Source: Phoronis australis (taxonomy: Eukaryota; Animalia; Phoronida). From it: 64,000 bases of DNA. The position numbers and the translations under genes were made by a program. Each line of letters opens with the position of its first letter. Position 1 is the first letter of the stretch. Below, one piece after another: positions 11,348 to 24,299 of this stretch. Below the pieces are notes generated by a model that was not told the origin of the DNA, ran no database searches, and saw only the letters and a program-made list of their open reading frames with translations. The stretch covers positions 52,105 to 116,104 of the forward strand of contig NMRA01000847.1 of the NCBI GenBank assembly GCA_002633005.1, in the 5' to 3' direction.

Positions 11348-13830
11348 ACAGTGTACATTTGTACAGCTATGCGTGATGTTGGTGAAAATTAAACTGATTA
11401 AACGAATTCTAACAAAATGTGTCATTTGTAACTACACTCTTCCTTGAATAACTTGTCCAGATTATTTGCCGATGTGAGAAACATGGCGTAATACCGTTAT
11501 TCTGCTGCTTGAGTTGTGGAGCAAACGTATGTTTGCTTTTGGCGCCAGGAAATTTTGCGTCACCAGTCTCATTTTTTCTCCGATTTATCAATCCACGAGG
11601 TTGTGCACATGTCATAACAAAGTATCGGAACTGGTTTCATTTCGTTACAAGTTTTTAGGATTTTACTACATGTACAAGCAAAGTGATTTCCAGAACAAGC
11701 TTTACTGCTGGAAAGCTGTCTGATTTTGCAAAGAATTAAGGAAATGGCGCATGTTTGTGTCACGAGTTTACTGTTTTCAAAACGATGACGGACTTTTCTT
11801 TTTTACAAATCGCGGATAATTACGCTAGAAGATGACGTCCATTGATTTGTTTTTCACCTAAACAGTTTAACGGCCAAAGTGAATGTAGGTTGACTCCCAG
11901 ACTTTACATGCAACCTCACCGGTCGTTATTACTCTACGCGTGCTAGCGCAGTGCACTGTTGTTCCTGGGTTTGCTTCAATTTTATTCTTCTTCTGACCAA
12001 CTTTGACAAAATGGTTGCAGGTATGTTCTTCAAATTTAACATATGATTTTAAGCAGTATATAAATTTTGATTTGTTAAATACTTATAGTCCATAATGCAG
12101 CGGAAAAGGTCATTTGGTGCAAAGGTCATATAATTTTCAAAGTGCTACTCCTTTTTTTTAAAGCTATTCTTTTGAAATTCGGTACACAGGTTTAAGTCAA
12201 TAAGGCAACTTAAAAAGTTACTTTTCTAAGTAATCGGGTCATCCAATAAGCTTAAACAGGTCATTAGGTGCAAACTAAGATTTTGAGCTACACTTCAAAT
12301 TCTCAGGTCTGATTGGCACAGGTAATTCAATTTCGAATCCAAAGTTTCAGGTCATTTAGTGCAACCATGGGGTCATTAGATGCATTTTTCTTCTGAAAAT
12401 TTAACCTCTTCTTTTACCAAGTATTCTGATGTGTCAACCGTTAGACAAGTGTGATTCTCAGCATTAAACACATTTTTCATGGGCTTTGCAATAATTCTCT
12501 TAAAGACGCTTATAATGCACCGGATAGGGTCAATTAGTGCAAAGGTCACATAACGTTCAAAATGTTAATATCTCTTACGTTTTTCAAGGAATTCTTTTCA
12601 CATTCAGCACAATAGTGTAAGTCAACATGCCAATTGAACACCTTACTTTACTACGTAATAGGCCTTAGCAATCAGAAAAAATAGGTCAAAGGTCATTGAG
12701 TGCAAATTAAAATTTTGAGGCAAAGACTTCAAAATTACATGTCTGTTTACTAAATGCAATTGAGTTTGAATTTTAAATTTTCAGGTCATTTGGTGCACCC
12801 ACGAGGTCATTAGGTGCATTTTTCTTCTAAAAGTTTGACCAATTTATTCATCTTGTATTTTGAAGTGCTTAAGTAAAACATCTGGGTTTCTTAGCATTAA
12901 CCACACTTTTAATCAAGTTTACAATTATTCTCTCATCGGGGTTCATCATGCATTGGAAGAGGTCAATTAGTGGAGAGGTCATCAAAATATTAACAGGTAA
13001 TTTCTCCTACAATTTTAACGAATTCCTTTTCATATTGGTAAACGGGTTGCAGTCAGTAACTTCCCATAACAATTCCTTTAATACGCACGCACAGAGTCCA
13101 TCATTGTCACGCCGTGACAATAATCTTTCTAGGTTCTAGATGTTAATACATGTAGGTTTCACGACGAGGTGACGAGCAGAGCTATCCGGGCTGAGTGAAA
13201 TTTCGGGGTCTAACGGAGCTCACCATGCACACAGTGGTACCTACACGTAGACGTAGTTTGACAGTAGTCTTCATATAAGTAGCTTGCTAGCTACGTTAGA
13301 CCCCCAAAATTTTACACAGCCGAGGTAGCTGTATTCTTAACCAAGTTGTGAAAGTTATATCAACATGTAGAGCTAACGACCGCTATGGGTGTATCCAAAA
13401 TCTGGGAGTCAACTGACACTCAGTTTGGCCGTTGCTGTCGTTTAAGTGAAAAATAATGTAATAAACACCATTTTCTTGCATAATTCTACGCCTTTTGTAA
13501 CTAAAAAGTCTATCATCGTTTCAAAAACAGTAAGCTCTTGAAACGCGCAAGCGCCATTTCCTTATTTTTTGCGACATTTCTCGGGAGAAGGTGGCAGCTT
13601 TGCAGCAGCAAAATTTGTTCTACAATTCGCTTTGTTGGTATTAAGGTAATAAAAGCCTATAGCGAAATGAAACCAGCTAGCTCCAATAATTTTTGTAACA
13701 CTGGCAAAAAGATTAGTTAACTCAAAGTGAATTGTTCGTCGTTTTTAATGACATTGATTTTGTGTCAGAATTTATTTGGCTATTTTTTACTCACATCGGC
13801 GCACAGGTGTACATTTAGTACACAGCTTTG
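11348..13830. mobile_element. Old foldback/MITE with long diverged inverted arms, interrupted by a HINE
   Basis: 13290-13830 is a diverged reverse complement of 11348-11925 plus 13136-13230 (AGGAAATGGCGC/GCGCCATTTCCT, TTGACTCCCAGA/TCTGGGAGTCAA). Confidence 0.65.
11926..13135 (+). mobile_element. HINE-like element with ~420-bp AGGTCA-rich tandem units
   Basis: 5' TTATTACTCTACGCGTGC; 3' subTIR GCACGCACAGAGT, hairpin ATTGTCACGCCGTGACAAT and CTAGGTT. It sits at a TT site in the host arm and is absent from the paralog at 9787-10220. Confidence 0.65.
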
Positions 13831-13898
13831 CACCAACGCTAGGTATTCCCTTGATTTGGCGATTCTAGGTGTGTCAAATATGATTTCATACATGCAGA

Positions 13899-14408
13899 CT
13901 AAACAGAGATCAGAATCCTTTTGACGTTAAAGCCTACAAAGAGTGACAAATAGATTTTGATGGTTTTTATGTTGGGAACAATACCGAGGGTTGCGTACTT
14001 TTGTTGATCATTGAAAAACGAATGATGGTATGATAACTGAAGCCCCGTACCTTCGTGACAATCCATCCATTTTTCCAACACATGTGGCAACGGCTGGGGA
14101 ATCCTTTCCCACTCAGCGGGTAGCTTGCTTATGCCGACCTCGGTAATCTCTAGTGTTAAATTTAAGAAGTTTCTCAATTGCAACAGCGACAAAAACAGCT
14201 TGGATGACAATGCATCGGTGTGAACAACGGAATATTTGTAGCGATGGTTAACAAAATCAATGTTCGTCGGAATGGAGATTGGTCGAGTTGTATCAGGACT
14301 TGTAGCTATCGCGAAACAGACTTCCTCCACTGACTGTATAGTAAGAACTTGTAAGTTTTCTCTTTTGACAAGAACACCGTCAGGTAATTCAGGAATAATT
14401 CTGACCCT
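13899..14408 (-). CDS. CABIT-domain protein, exon 4 (RVRIIPELPDG...ISIPTNIDF...KYATL); ends at the stop at 13899 or splices at 13985
   Basis: Acceptor atcaatttcag at 14409, phase 0, in frame with ORF 13899-14330. Candidate donor G|gtattg after 13985. Confidence 0.75.
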   Translation of the reverse strand, partial: RVRIIPELPDGVLVKRENLQVLTIQSVEEVCFAIATSPDTTRPISIPTNIDFVNHRYKYSVVHTDALSSKLFLSLLQLRNFLNLTLEITEVGISKLPAEWERIPQPLPHVLEKWMDCHEGTGLQLSYHHSFFNDQQKYATLGIVPNIKTIKIYLSLFVGFNVKRILISV

Positions 14409-14589
14409 CTGAAATTGATAATTTAATGATTAGCAACAGATATACTAAAACAGGCAGTGGCACGGGTTCAGAAGGGGTGTTAGAGTGAGCGTTTTGTGGT
14501 GCCGGAGGGGAGGGGTTCGTTGGCAGAAGTGGACGCATAAAGGATTAACTTTACGTAGTGACTACATGTATATTCTCGGTGGATTGAAA

Positions 14590-15297
14590 GCGATATGCTT
14601 CTAGGGGCCATTAGGAGGTCAAATCTGCCCTAAAATTATATGGTGCCGTTTCACTGACATCACATACCTATGAGTTGAATTTCATTAAAATTTGTGAATC
14701 AGAACTCTAGATATCATCCATAAACGCTCTTATACAAAGCGCAATGCGGCCACTAGGAGGTGCTGCAGTGGTTTCAATCACTTGAATTAATAGTGCTAGA
14801 GCGCTGACGTCATTTACCTCTATACAAAGCTTCATTGAAATCCGTCAATTGGTTCTTTAGGGATATTCCCCAAATTCGCTACTAGGAGGCGACTTGCAGT
14901 GGCCCAATCTACTCCAAAATCAAGTGGTTCCGGTGGATTGTAATAATTTCCTTCTGTTTTAAGTTTCAATGAAATCCGCCAGTCATTTCTCTAGATACCT
15001 TCCGGATATGATCTTCCCCAAAACAACACTTGAAAAGTCCTTTGGAGAGCACAAAATGGCCACTTGGAGGTACTTAAGTGGTCGAGCCCTCCCAAAAATC
15101 TGCTATTGTTTTCACATTGACATCTCATACCTCTGAGCCAAGTTTCACCGGAATCCGTCAATCTTCCCCGAAAGTACTGAAATGTCACGCACCAGGTGAC
15201 GGGGCATATTAAAAAATGTTGCCCTACAGTACGTCCTTGTGACAAACTTCCGATCAAAATCAGACTAGCAGATTTAAGGATGTCTAGAGGACACACA

Positions 15298-15354
<57 letters not shown>

Positions 15355-15427
15355 ACAAGCGCGCGCGCACGCACGGACGCACGCAGACACACACAGTCAC
15401 ACTCACATATGTGTGGCCGCATAAAAA
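14590..15427 (-). mobile_element. Diverged HINE-like element with (CA)n microsatellite
   Basis: CCACTAGGAGG-type repeat units, (CA)n at 15293-15355, and terminal CACATATGTGTGGCCGCATAAAAA resembling the 4697 end. Left boundary approximate. Confidence 0.6.
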
Positions 15428-15540
15428 TGATACCCTGTTTAGCTTAAACACCCGCACAATTGGCATTTGAATCAAATATGACCATTGTTTATACAAACCT
15501 AATATTGAACAGATTCTTGCGTTTGAGAATGAATACAAAC

Positions 15541-15675
15541 CTGCGGCATTTTCAACTTCGCCAGATCAGAGGCGTGCTCTAATTCTTCGGAAGGCATCGC
15601 AGAAAAACTCGCGGTGATTTGATGGGCAGGCATTCGTATTTTCTGTTTGTTCGACTGAAGCTCACCACACAAGTA
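15541..15675 (-). CDS. CABIT-domain protein, exon 3 (YLCGELQSNKQKIRMPAHQITASFSAMPSEELEHASDLAKLKMPQ)
   Basis: Acceptor tttatatttcag, donor CAG|gtttgt, 135 bp, phase 0/0. Carries a YLC cysteine and an I-x-[LM]-P...F pattern typical of CABIT. Confidence 0.78.
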
Positions 15676-15884
15676 CTGAAATATAAAACTGTGACACTTG
15701 CATAAATGTATACAAAAGATGTCACTATGCCATGTTTTGACGAAATTTTGCAAAAACATTGTTGCAATGCCATTTATTGCTGCAATCTCCCACTGTTGAA
15801 TCATTCACTCCACCCATCGTCGCACTGACTCTAGCGTTAAAAACAACTATGATATTTATACATGTACAATAAATGAATATATTT

Positions 15885-15960
15885 TGTGCGTGTGCGTGTG
15901 TGTTTGTGTGTGTGTGTGTGTGCGTGTGTGTTTGTGTGTATGTGTTTGCGTAGGCGTGTG
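15885..15960. repeat. (TG)n microsatellite
   Basis: Imperfect TG dinucleotide run. Confidence 0.9.
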
Positions 15961-18299
15961 TTTACATTTTTCAGTGCTACGCTTATAAAATTATTGTATT
16001 TAACTGAAGTACTCATGCAGAAACTGCTTAAAATTTCTAGTTTGAAAAATACTCTATATTTCGCCATGCGTCTGAGGGCTTGGCTTCACCAGCAAAATGA
16101 GTACATTTAAATGAAACAACCTCTTATGCCTGACCACATACATGTAGTTTGCCGAGAAGTTGGAATTCGCACTCGTACCAACAAAGTAAATGAATGGTAC
16201 CGATGTCGCACCAAGGCAAAACAACATGGTTTTCATTGTCCTTGAAAATCTATTGAGTGTGCTTTAATTCTGCAAGTTATGCCTTTTTCTTGTTTTTTGA
16301 GACAGGGAGGAAACAAAACAAGTATTTGTAGAACCAGACTAGAGATGAAGTCGATATCTGTTTTACCCAGACCTGGAAAGTCCCTATTTTGAAAGCACTT
16401 CCTTGTTCCTGTAGTTTTTTTCTGCAAATACTATTCACCTTCAGACAAATGGAATTGGAAAGACATTTTTAAGTAATGACATGATTTGTCCCAAATTTCT
16501 GGAGTATAAAGGTCAAGAGCGTTTGGAATACAGTCAAGAAAAATGCCCAATTTGCAGTTTACTGGTCATTATGTGGCATATCCAAGTTTCCGGTAGAAAT
16601 ACCAAAGCTAAAAGCCATGGCTTCGTTGAATTTCTTTATCCAGAAAAAACTCCATCACGTGAGCTTTTCTGCAAGATGTGCATTTATTTTAGGTATCTCG
16701 AGACAGAATGATTGCAAGGGCCTTTGTTGAACCAGTTAACGAAATCACCTGTGGTCATGCAATCCCTTCTATTAGCTGGAACCTAGCGGCCACGGGAAAA
16801 TCCCGTTGGGTTTGACACCTATATCGAGTTATACCATGACCAAATTATGTTTGACAAGTGCTATCTGTAACTGAGCACCCATAACAGGAAAAGTATCCAA
16901 TAGCAGAAGAATAAAGACTCCAAACCAATATACAGACGGTAGGTAAACATACTGTACACTTGCACGTTAACAAAAAGCACGTTCCGAGTGACGTGCCCTT
17001 CGTCAGCGGTGTCAAGTAAAACGCTACAGACTAAGAGAGATATTTACATGTATGTACCCTATCATAACAATACTGTATGACCTATGTGCAGTATTATCTA
17101 AACAGAGGGGCAATATCCTTCTAGGTCAACATTTTTCGAGGCAAAGGTGAAAGAACCAGTTTTCTCAACTACTGTATGAAGTATTCGGGGAAACTGTCAT
17201 ATGTGAAAACAAAATTCTGGAAACATGTGGTTTGCACTAATGACGTACCCTGGTGGCTTATCATTCCCAACACCAAGCTACGATACTTACTAAACACAGT
17301 TGAGTGATTTACGGCTGAATATTTTCTACAAAAACCTCGTTTTTAAAAACAGTTGGCAATTTGCTACGTACTTCATATTCACATCCGCGCCAAACAACCA
17401 CAGAGATAAGGAATTAACGTGCAGCCAAGTTCCACTTTAAGCAAGCGTTTTTTGTTTATGCTTGAACTGCATACTAGATTTCCAGTCATAATCATCAGAT
17501 TCAAATGGACTTGCTTATTTAGGAAAGCGAGTTTCGTATAGTTATGCCGCCTATTGACCGCGATCAGTCGAAAATTTCAGTCGCTGTTTGTGAAAAGTTC
17601 ACCTCGCAGGGCAGTACATTGCTCGATTTCGTTATAAAGTACTTATTCTAGTGAGGTTACTGCTCCAATATGCTTCTCTACGTCGGCTCTTTTCCTCACA
17701 TGCTCTCAAGCGATTAGCCTGGCCTTGATTTTTTCACTCCGACTATGATAAGCACTGAAAACTGCCCCAGTCGGCCATTTTCACGATGTCTGGCAACGAA
17801 ACAGCTCAATGAGATAACCGCCTCGGTTTACTTAAAATTTGACTGGCAGCATTTGGTAGGAATTAGCGATTTGTAATAAAATCATCAAAACAAATTTTTG
17901 TGAAAACAATCAACTCTATCCTTAAATAATCCCAAAACGCGTTTTTTTCAGCCGTAAAAGCGAGATGTGTCCATTAAAAGCAGCGTTAAACATACACGTA
18001 GCGCAAAATTTATTGCCCCATTTTGAAAACAAAATAGTAAAAGGTAATGGTCTGATAGAACGTGCCCAAATTTTAAGAACCAGTTTTCTCCACTGAATAC
18101 GGGCTTCAGACTGGTTCTCAAAAATGGTATGACACTTCTTATGAAACTGATCCGAGGTCTGCCCTGTAAGGTTCGTGGCCAATTGGAAGCTCCCCGAAAC
18201 TCTTGGTTATCGAAGTCCGTTGACTTGCGAGTTAGAACTGTTGAATGACTACCCACATTAAAAATCGTGCTCAGCATTGCCCAATTATGTGAATCAGTC

Positions 18300-18686
18300 C
18301 AAAATAAGGACTCAACTCAGTTCTCTAAATCTACTGAGTGGGCTTGTGAAATCACTGATTGTCCTCTCATAGGTTGTTTGAATACCATTACTAAGCCGAT
18401 CCTTAGCTTTGATACAAATCAAGCTTGAAATCTACGTTGAATTCTCAATATTATTGAAACCAAGCAACGCCTCTAATTTAAGGACGAAGTCCCTAATTTC
18501 TTTGATTGACTTAAGTGTTCAGTTTTTAATTATATTATTAGAAAAATGTCATTACTCAAGGAGGAGCTTATAATAAAGATAACATAAAAGAAAAATTATT
18601 ACATCTGTGGATAAACAAAGAAACAAATAGGCAACAGATTTAGGGTGTTGAGTCCCTATTTGGGTCACTGTTTCATGTATCTAGGC
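18300..18686 (+). repeat. MITE fragment (possibly Harbinger-like); second copy at 53335-53749
   Basis: Shared blocks ATAAGGACTCA, CATTACTAAG, TTTGATACAAATC, CGCCTCTAATTTAAGGAC, CCCTATTT..CTGTTTCATG. Confidence 0.65.
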
Positions 18687-20175
18687 GCTGAAGTCTTGCG
18701 TGATTTTAACGCTGTTTATGCGCGTTGGCCCGTGCATTTGTATTAAAACTAAAACATTTGTTTTTTCAATAACATTTTGGTAATTCCAGATTCGCACTAA
18801 GACGCATAATATGCACTTATACAGTGTATTGCACATGCTCGCATCTTAGACCAAACGACCTTAGAGCATCTTTTGACAATTCTCAACACTTCAATCAGTA
18901 AACACTAAAAACTGAAAACACTTCAACGTCCACCGTTTTAAAGCCGATGAGCAAACCTTCACTCAAATCTAAATTTCTTCGTTTTACTGGAATTCTTTAG
19001 CCTATATGAATTGGGTGGATGTGCCTAATAACTGCAGCTTACCACATCCACCGATCCGGTAATTATATCTACATATACATGTACGAGGAACAAGTGGCAT
19101 TGAAAATAGGGTAATGATCGGACATAACGTGCCCGAATTTTGAGAACCAGTTTTCTCCACCGAATAACGGGCATCGAACTAGTCCTCAAAATGAGGACAC
19201 GTTACATGTATATCCAACTATTGCCGAAGAGAGGCAATCATAAATAAGGAGGAACTGCCGTCAGAGGAAATGCTGTAGACAAGTCGCCAAAATGTAGTTC
19301 TCTAATTTTGCCAACACGTCAAAACATACGAAAGTTGACCTTCTTCAAAGGAGCACAAAGAAGAAATGTCCTTCACTAACTGAGACTTCTGCACTTCATA
19401 TGCACCCTGGCTTTAGTTTTGATAACCTGCGAAACGTATAGATTTGTTGAATCATAGTGAATCGTCTCTTTCACCGCATACGTATTGGATTGTTTCTGAA
19501 AATTGGCCTCACATTTCAGACAAGGAAGTTTTTAAAGCAAACAGAAGATTGTTTGTCAAGTTGATAGCACGGGTTACTCAGGTAAGGTGACATTAAACCG
19601 GTGCTTTCCAAGTTTGCTTTTTTACAGTCAAGAGATTGGTCTCAGAGTGTTACTCAGTCAAAATAGGTGCGATATCTGGGCTTGAAAGGAACCGCTATTT
19701 CTTCAGACCATGCTAATGAGTTTTCGGGTCGCAACATGCCCTGAGATTTTATTAACTTTGAGAACTTTCAAGCTCTTATAGAGAGCCCAGCGATAATTTC
19801 TTAGTCTGGCAAAGGAACAAAAACATTTTTTTCACAGCACGGATTTAATGTCACTTTAAAGATGTCATAATCCGTGTTCTTTCCTTAGCGTTTAGACCTT
19901 GCTGAGATTAAAAGTGATTTCTGTCGTAGCGAAGAACTGACACGTCGTTATTGCCGCGACTGATAAATCTATGCGACTTCCATGACCTCACGCGATAACG
20001 ACACCATCAGTATTTCCTGTAACAGCAATAATCACACTTTATCAGAGCAAGAAATAAGTTGAACCATTTTTACAATTGTAAGTGGTCAATATTAATTTTT
20101 AATAGGAGGCAAGTTCATAAAAACCTGAATTGCTGAATTTTTAGTATGCATGAGTATTGCGCCATCACACTTTAC

Positions 20176-20357
20176 CTTGTAACCATCTTTATCTTCCTCG
20201 ACGCCGTGAACGTCAAAACACTCATCAAGGGGCACAGAATACTCCAAGACGTCGGTGTAGAATTCTTGAACGCATCGTAAGACATTGGGAAGTTTGGTAG
20301 GGCATCTTTCAACGACTGCAGCTACTGTGTCGAATGCCATGTCGTCGAACATGGGAT
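20176..20357 (-). CDS. CABIT-domain protein, exon 2 (DPMFDDMAFDTVAAVVERCPTKLPNVLRCV...DKDGYK)
   Basis: Acceptor atcttttttag, donor AAG|gtaaag, 182 bp, phase 1/0, compatible with both neighbouring exons. Confidence 0.8.
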
Positions 20358-20819
20358 CTAAAAAAGATACGCGTAAGGAGATTCAAAAATAACATCTGAC
20401 TGGCCTCAGTAATGTTAAACTGCAACACAAAGAATTCATGGTTCATAACACAATGCTTCACGTTTTTTTCTTATTCAAATAAACATCAGGTAATCACAAG
20501 ACTCAAAATTACATACAAAATACACAATCTTGACAAGACGCAAGGAGCTAACAGGGATCAAGTCTATTTCTTAATAAAACAATTCTAGTTTTCATAATTT
20601 GGACTTCTTTTTGAACTCTTATCTGTGAATACAACAGATAACCGTTTCCAAATTATATCTACGCCCGGCACGAATTCGAAAAAAATCTAATTTTAACAAA
20701 ATTAAAATGATACGGAAACCGTCGTTGAATATCTCATACTGTTCTACTTGAACCATGTTTTCATGAGAGTCTAGAACAACGTCCTACATACACTTTGGTT
20801 CGTCGGGATACTTCCACTA

Positions 20820-21128
20820 GGGGTCACTCATATTTTCAAGGTGCCCACAGGCTTGTATCAAAAATTGTCGAGAGATCCTTTATTGCGGGTGCCAGGTCTG
20901 CTAATTACCGCCCCCTTTTGCTGGGTAGAATTTCCTGTAAGATTGCGTACGGCAAGTGCACCTTTTTGGGGTTGCGGCCAATGCAGTGGGCCCTTTGTGG
21001 GGACGAAATGGTAATTTAGGGGCCTATTGGACACAGCGAGAGTCCCGCAAAACTTGCTGAAAAGTACCGCCTACCCGCAATTTTTGGTAGACCCCTGCGG
21101 GCACTTTGTCAATATGAGTGACACTCCC
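20820..21128. mobile_element. MITE with imperfect inverted ends
   Basis: GTCACTCATATT..CAAGGTGCCC..AAAAATTG is mirrored by CAATTTTT..GGGCACTTTG..AATATGAGTGAC. Confidence 0.6.
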
Positions 21129-22464
21129 TGGAACATCCACCAACAGCGTGTTCTGTGACAAGACCTCAGACATCACATACAGTGTACAGTAGACCAGGCG
21201 ATACATGCAGCTCGCGCTGTTAATATAACGCCATATTGGAGAGTGCTATACAGGGCAAAATGAACGGAAAACAGTGGGAGTCCTACGGCATCAGTAAAAA
21301 AATGCGGGACTCCGAGTGTTATTCTTGCAGCTAAAGAGTTAAGTTTTTGGTCCTGCTATTGAGTCGTGGTTTTTTGGTCCGGCCATGGAGTTTAGGTTCA
21401 TTTGGTACTGCAACTAGGTTTTTATGTTCTGCCACCATAGCTTAAGCGGATCGACTATATGCCTTGTTTCCACATTCGTCTTGGTGATTGAGACCATATA
21501 AGATCAATTAAATAGATAATTATTGACCGGCATATGCTGTTATCCAATGATGATGCTGCTTGCTAATTATATTTAAGTAAATTTTTGGTATTAATGACAA
21601 CCATGTGTATTTTTACTTGTACTGATCAATAACATCCCCGAACTTACTCGCCAGTCATCGAAATCAGTACGTCTAAGTGAATAGTGTATTCTCTAATGAA
21701 ATACAATGTATGTACTGCTTTAAAAACTCATTTCTTAATATGTATTCCAAAATCAGATGTTTTCTGTTGTATCAAAACAAACAAATCCATGCAAAATCTT
21801 CACTTATATCGAAGTTGATATTGGCACTTTTGTAGATTTGCCTTGCTTGCTTACGAGCTATCTGTTTTGTGACGAAACTTGCGCAACGAAGTAAAGTGCA
21901 TAGTAACCAAAATATCAAACCTGTACGACTGAATTGCGCATCCAACCTTCACCCAATACAGGCAACAGAATTTCCCACCTGAAACCGAATGGAAATATAC
22001 CCAACTGAGCCTAACCGAGCTAATGTAACATTAGTTATGACCCCGTGAAAAGTTACTCCGGTTAGTTTTTTCACAGGGTCTAAATTTAATGTGAAGAATT
22101 CTTCAGCCATGAAAAAATGACCCCACGTCAGTGAAAACCCGTCTCGTCATTATTCAACGGTTCCCCCGCAACAGGGGGTTGGGATATGCAGACGGCATGC
22201 GTGAGAGAAGAATTTATTTAAAATTTCTCGGCTGAGGGTCGCGCAGTACGTATATCATATTAAAGTGTAAATTGCAAGGTCTCAACCAATCTGAACAACA
22301 ATATGCTCTAAATTCATGTTTATAATTATTATTGCTATATTCTTAATATTAACTGAATTGTACGTCGCTATAAAAAGTTATTTACATATTTGTTGCCGTG
22401 GCGTTGTAACGCCATTGTTGTAACGGAAAATAGAAACGGCGCCATTTTCCTTCGTTACACATCT

Positions 22465-22489
22465 GTGACGTGGTGTTGGGGAACACAAA
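22465..22489 (+). promoter_or_regulatory. Subterminal 25-bp element upstream of the KolX ATG; inverted twin at 27055-27079
   Basis: GTGACGTGGTGTTGGGGAACACAAA versus the reverse complement GTGACATGGTGTTGGGGAACACAAA (24/25 identical). Function is inferred. Confidence 0.5.
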
Positions 22490-22498
22490 GAAAACAAT

Positions 22499-24299
22499 AT
22501 GGATCCCAGTGAGTACAGCAGCGTAGATGAAGAATATTTTGAAAGATACAGGGAGGGTCAGGTGGAGTTTTCAGACGATTCTGACGTTTCGGATGTGGAG
22601 GAGGAGGCGACAGACCCCATAGGAACCGTTGAATTTGTGCTCACACCTTCTCTCTAGTAGAACCGTTTCCCTTGCTCCGGTTGTCGACGATCCAGCCCCA
22701 GCCGGTTCGTGCAGTGAATATCAACGGGCAGAAGGTGCGCAGGAGTTGCGACAGAATGTTAGTGACTGGTAAGAATATTATAAATATGCATCATACTACC
22801 GCGAATTACTACTTGGTCTTTTTTAATTTTAAGTTCAGTAGCTTTACCGGTCACTCCCAGGCGCTCTCGTCCCCACTGATGAATCATTTTTCAGCCGTGG
22901 ATAAGTACCAGTTTCAGTGATAAAAAATGGGACTCGTTGCACTTACGCAAATCACTCAACAATGTGTGGTCTTTCATTATTTGTAGACAGTGGCGCATTG
23001 GTTTGGGCCCCGGACTCTTGTTTGTGAGACTCGGGTTCGAATCCTGGCTTTCACTGGCAGACAATTGGGCATTGTACGAAGTTGTCTCCTACTCCCCTGA
23101 GCTCAGTCTTACTAGTGAGTGAATAAATGTATGCATGGGAAAGAATGAGAACCACCTCCCAATACTCAACTGTGTAGTGTAAACAAGAGGAAAAAAGAAT
23201 TGCAATTTTGCAACTTAGACTTTCTTACCTGGGGGCCGGAGGGAATTCCATGGGTTATAAAACAGGTCACTTCATTTTCATACTCTAGGGCCAAGTCAAC
23301 TTGGACCCAGAGCAATGTACACACGTTTTTCTAACCAGGTTTAGTTTGTGTAAGTCAATGCTTTCATGCCTATGTACCTAATGTTGCTGTTATTTGTGAA
23401 AATTGGTACATGGCTTGGGTGCGAGTTGACTTGGGAAGGAACCGTCTGGTAAAGTTTCTAAAGAGTATAGAAGGCATCGGATATTGAGAAGTTTTTAAAA
23501 ATGTTTACTGTAATATTCACGATTATTAACAAAACAGACCCCTCCATCAATGAATCAGGTGTCAGCAAATCAAACTAAGTATGTCCATTCCTATATATAT
23601 ATCCCCCAGGCATGATCTGCCACTGCCCTGGGTGTAGCAGTATTCATTTGTATGAAAAGTAAATATCTTTACTATTTATGTGATGTTTCAAAGCTTGTTT
23701 TTTGGAATTTAGTTTCATTTTTGTTCTGTTTTAAACAGGTCGCTGCTCAACAATCAGTCTTCTCGAAAACTGAGGTCATTGCAAACCCTCAATTAATTTG
23801 GCCGAGACACTCTTGGTAAATCAGTAATTTTTTCAATTCGACATTTTGATGTTTACTAAAGTAATGTATACATATTGTCACATCTTGCAGGTGCACGTGT
23901 GACAACTGTCAGACTACTGCAGTCATTGAAGAAAGAGTATGTTGTCAAGAAGTCGACAAAGTTATTGCTAAACTTGAGGACGAAATGAAGAGGGACAACT
24001 TAAACGGAAGAAAAAAATGTATCGTGTACCATGGAAGTTTTCAACCTGTGTGCATCAATCGTGATGTTTTGGAGACTGCATGGTTGCAGTATAAAAGCCA
24101 ATATCCGGATGGCTATGACGGACCCTTTGATAAAAGGATGCGACACATAGCCTACAGACAGTTCCAAAGATGGGTGCATGGTCACCTAGGACGAACTGTC
24201 CGTGTTGTAATTCCAGCATGCGCAGTAGCCTGCATCAGAGCTTTTTACCCTCCACCGGGAAATGAGGAGGACTTTGAGTTTCAAGGGTTTTCTTATTAG
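22499..24299 (+). pseudogene. KolX / P2X7-ballast-like Cys-rich protein, two exons (22499-22768, 23891-24299), frameshifted in exon 1
   Basis: The splice TG|gtaag...ttgcag|G rebuilds W-CTCDNC...ERVCCQE...CIVYHGSFQPVC...RHIAYRQFQRWVHGHLGRTVRVVIPACAVACIRAFYP...FQGF. The ATG frame of exon 1 hits TAG near 22655 and is out of phase with the donor. Confidence 0.85.
22985..23050 (+). mobile_element. tRNA-derived SINE head in the KolX intron
   Basis: A-box TGGCGCATTGG and B-box GGTTCGAATCC, with no complete cloverleaf. Confidence 0.55.

Noticed and set aside
14991-15447. CVCVCV / THTHTH ORFs
   Set aside because: Translations of a (CA)n microsatellite inside a repeat element.
16976-17008. Hammerhead-like CTGACGAAGGGC...CTCGGAACG on the minus strand
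   Set aside because: The GAAA box is mutated and stem II is poor; at most a dead relic.
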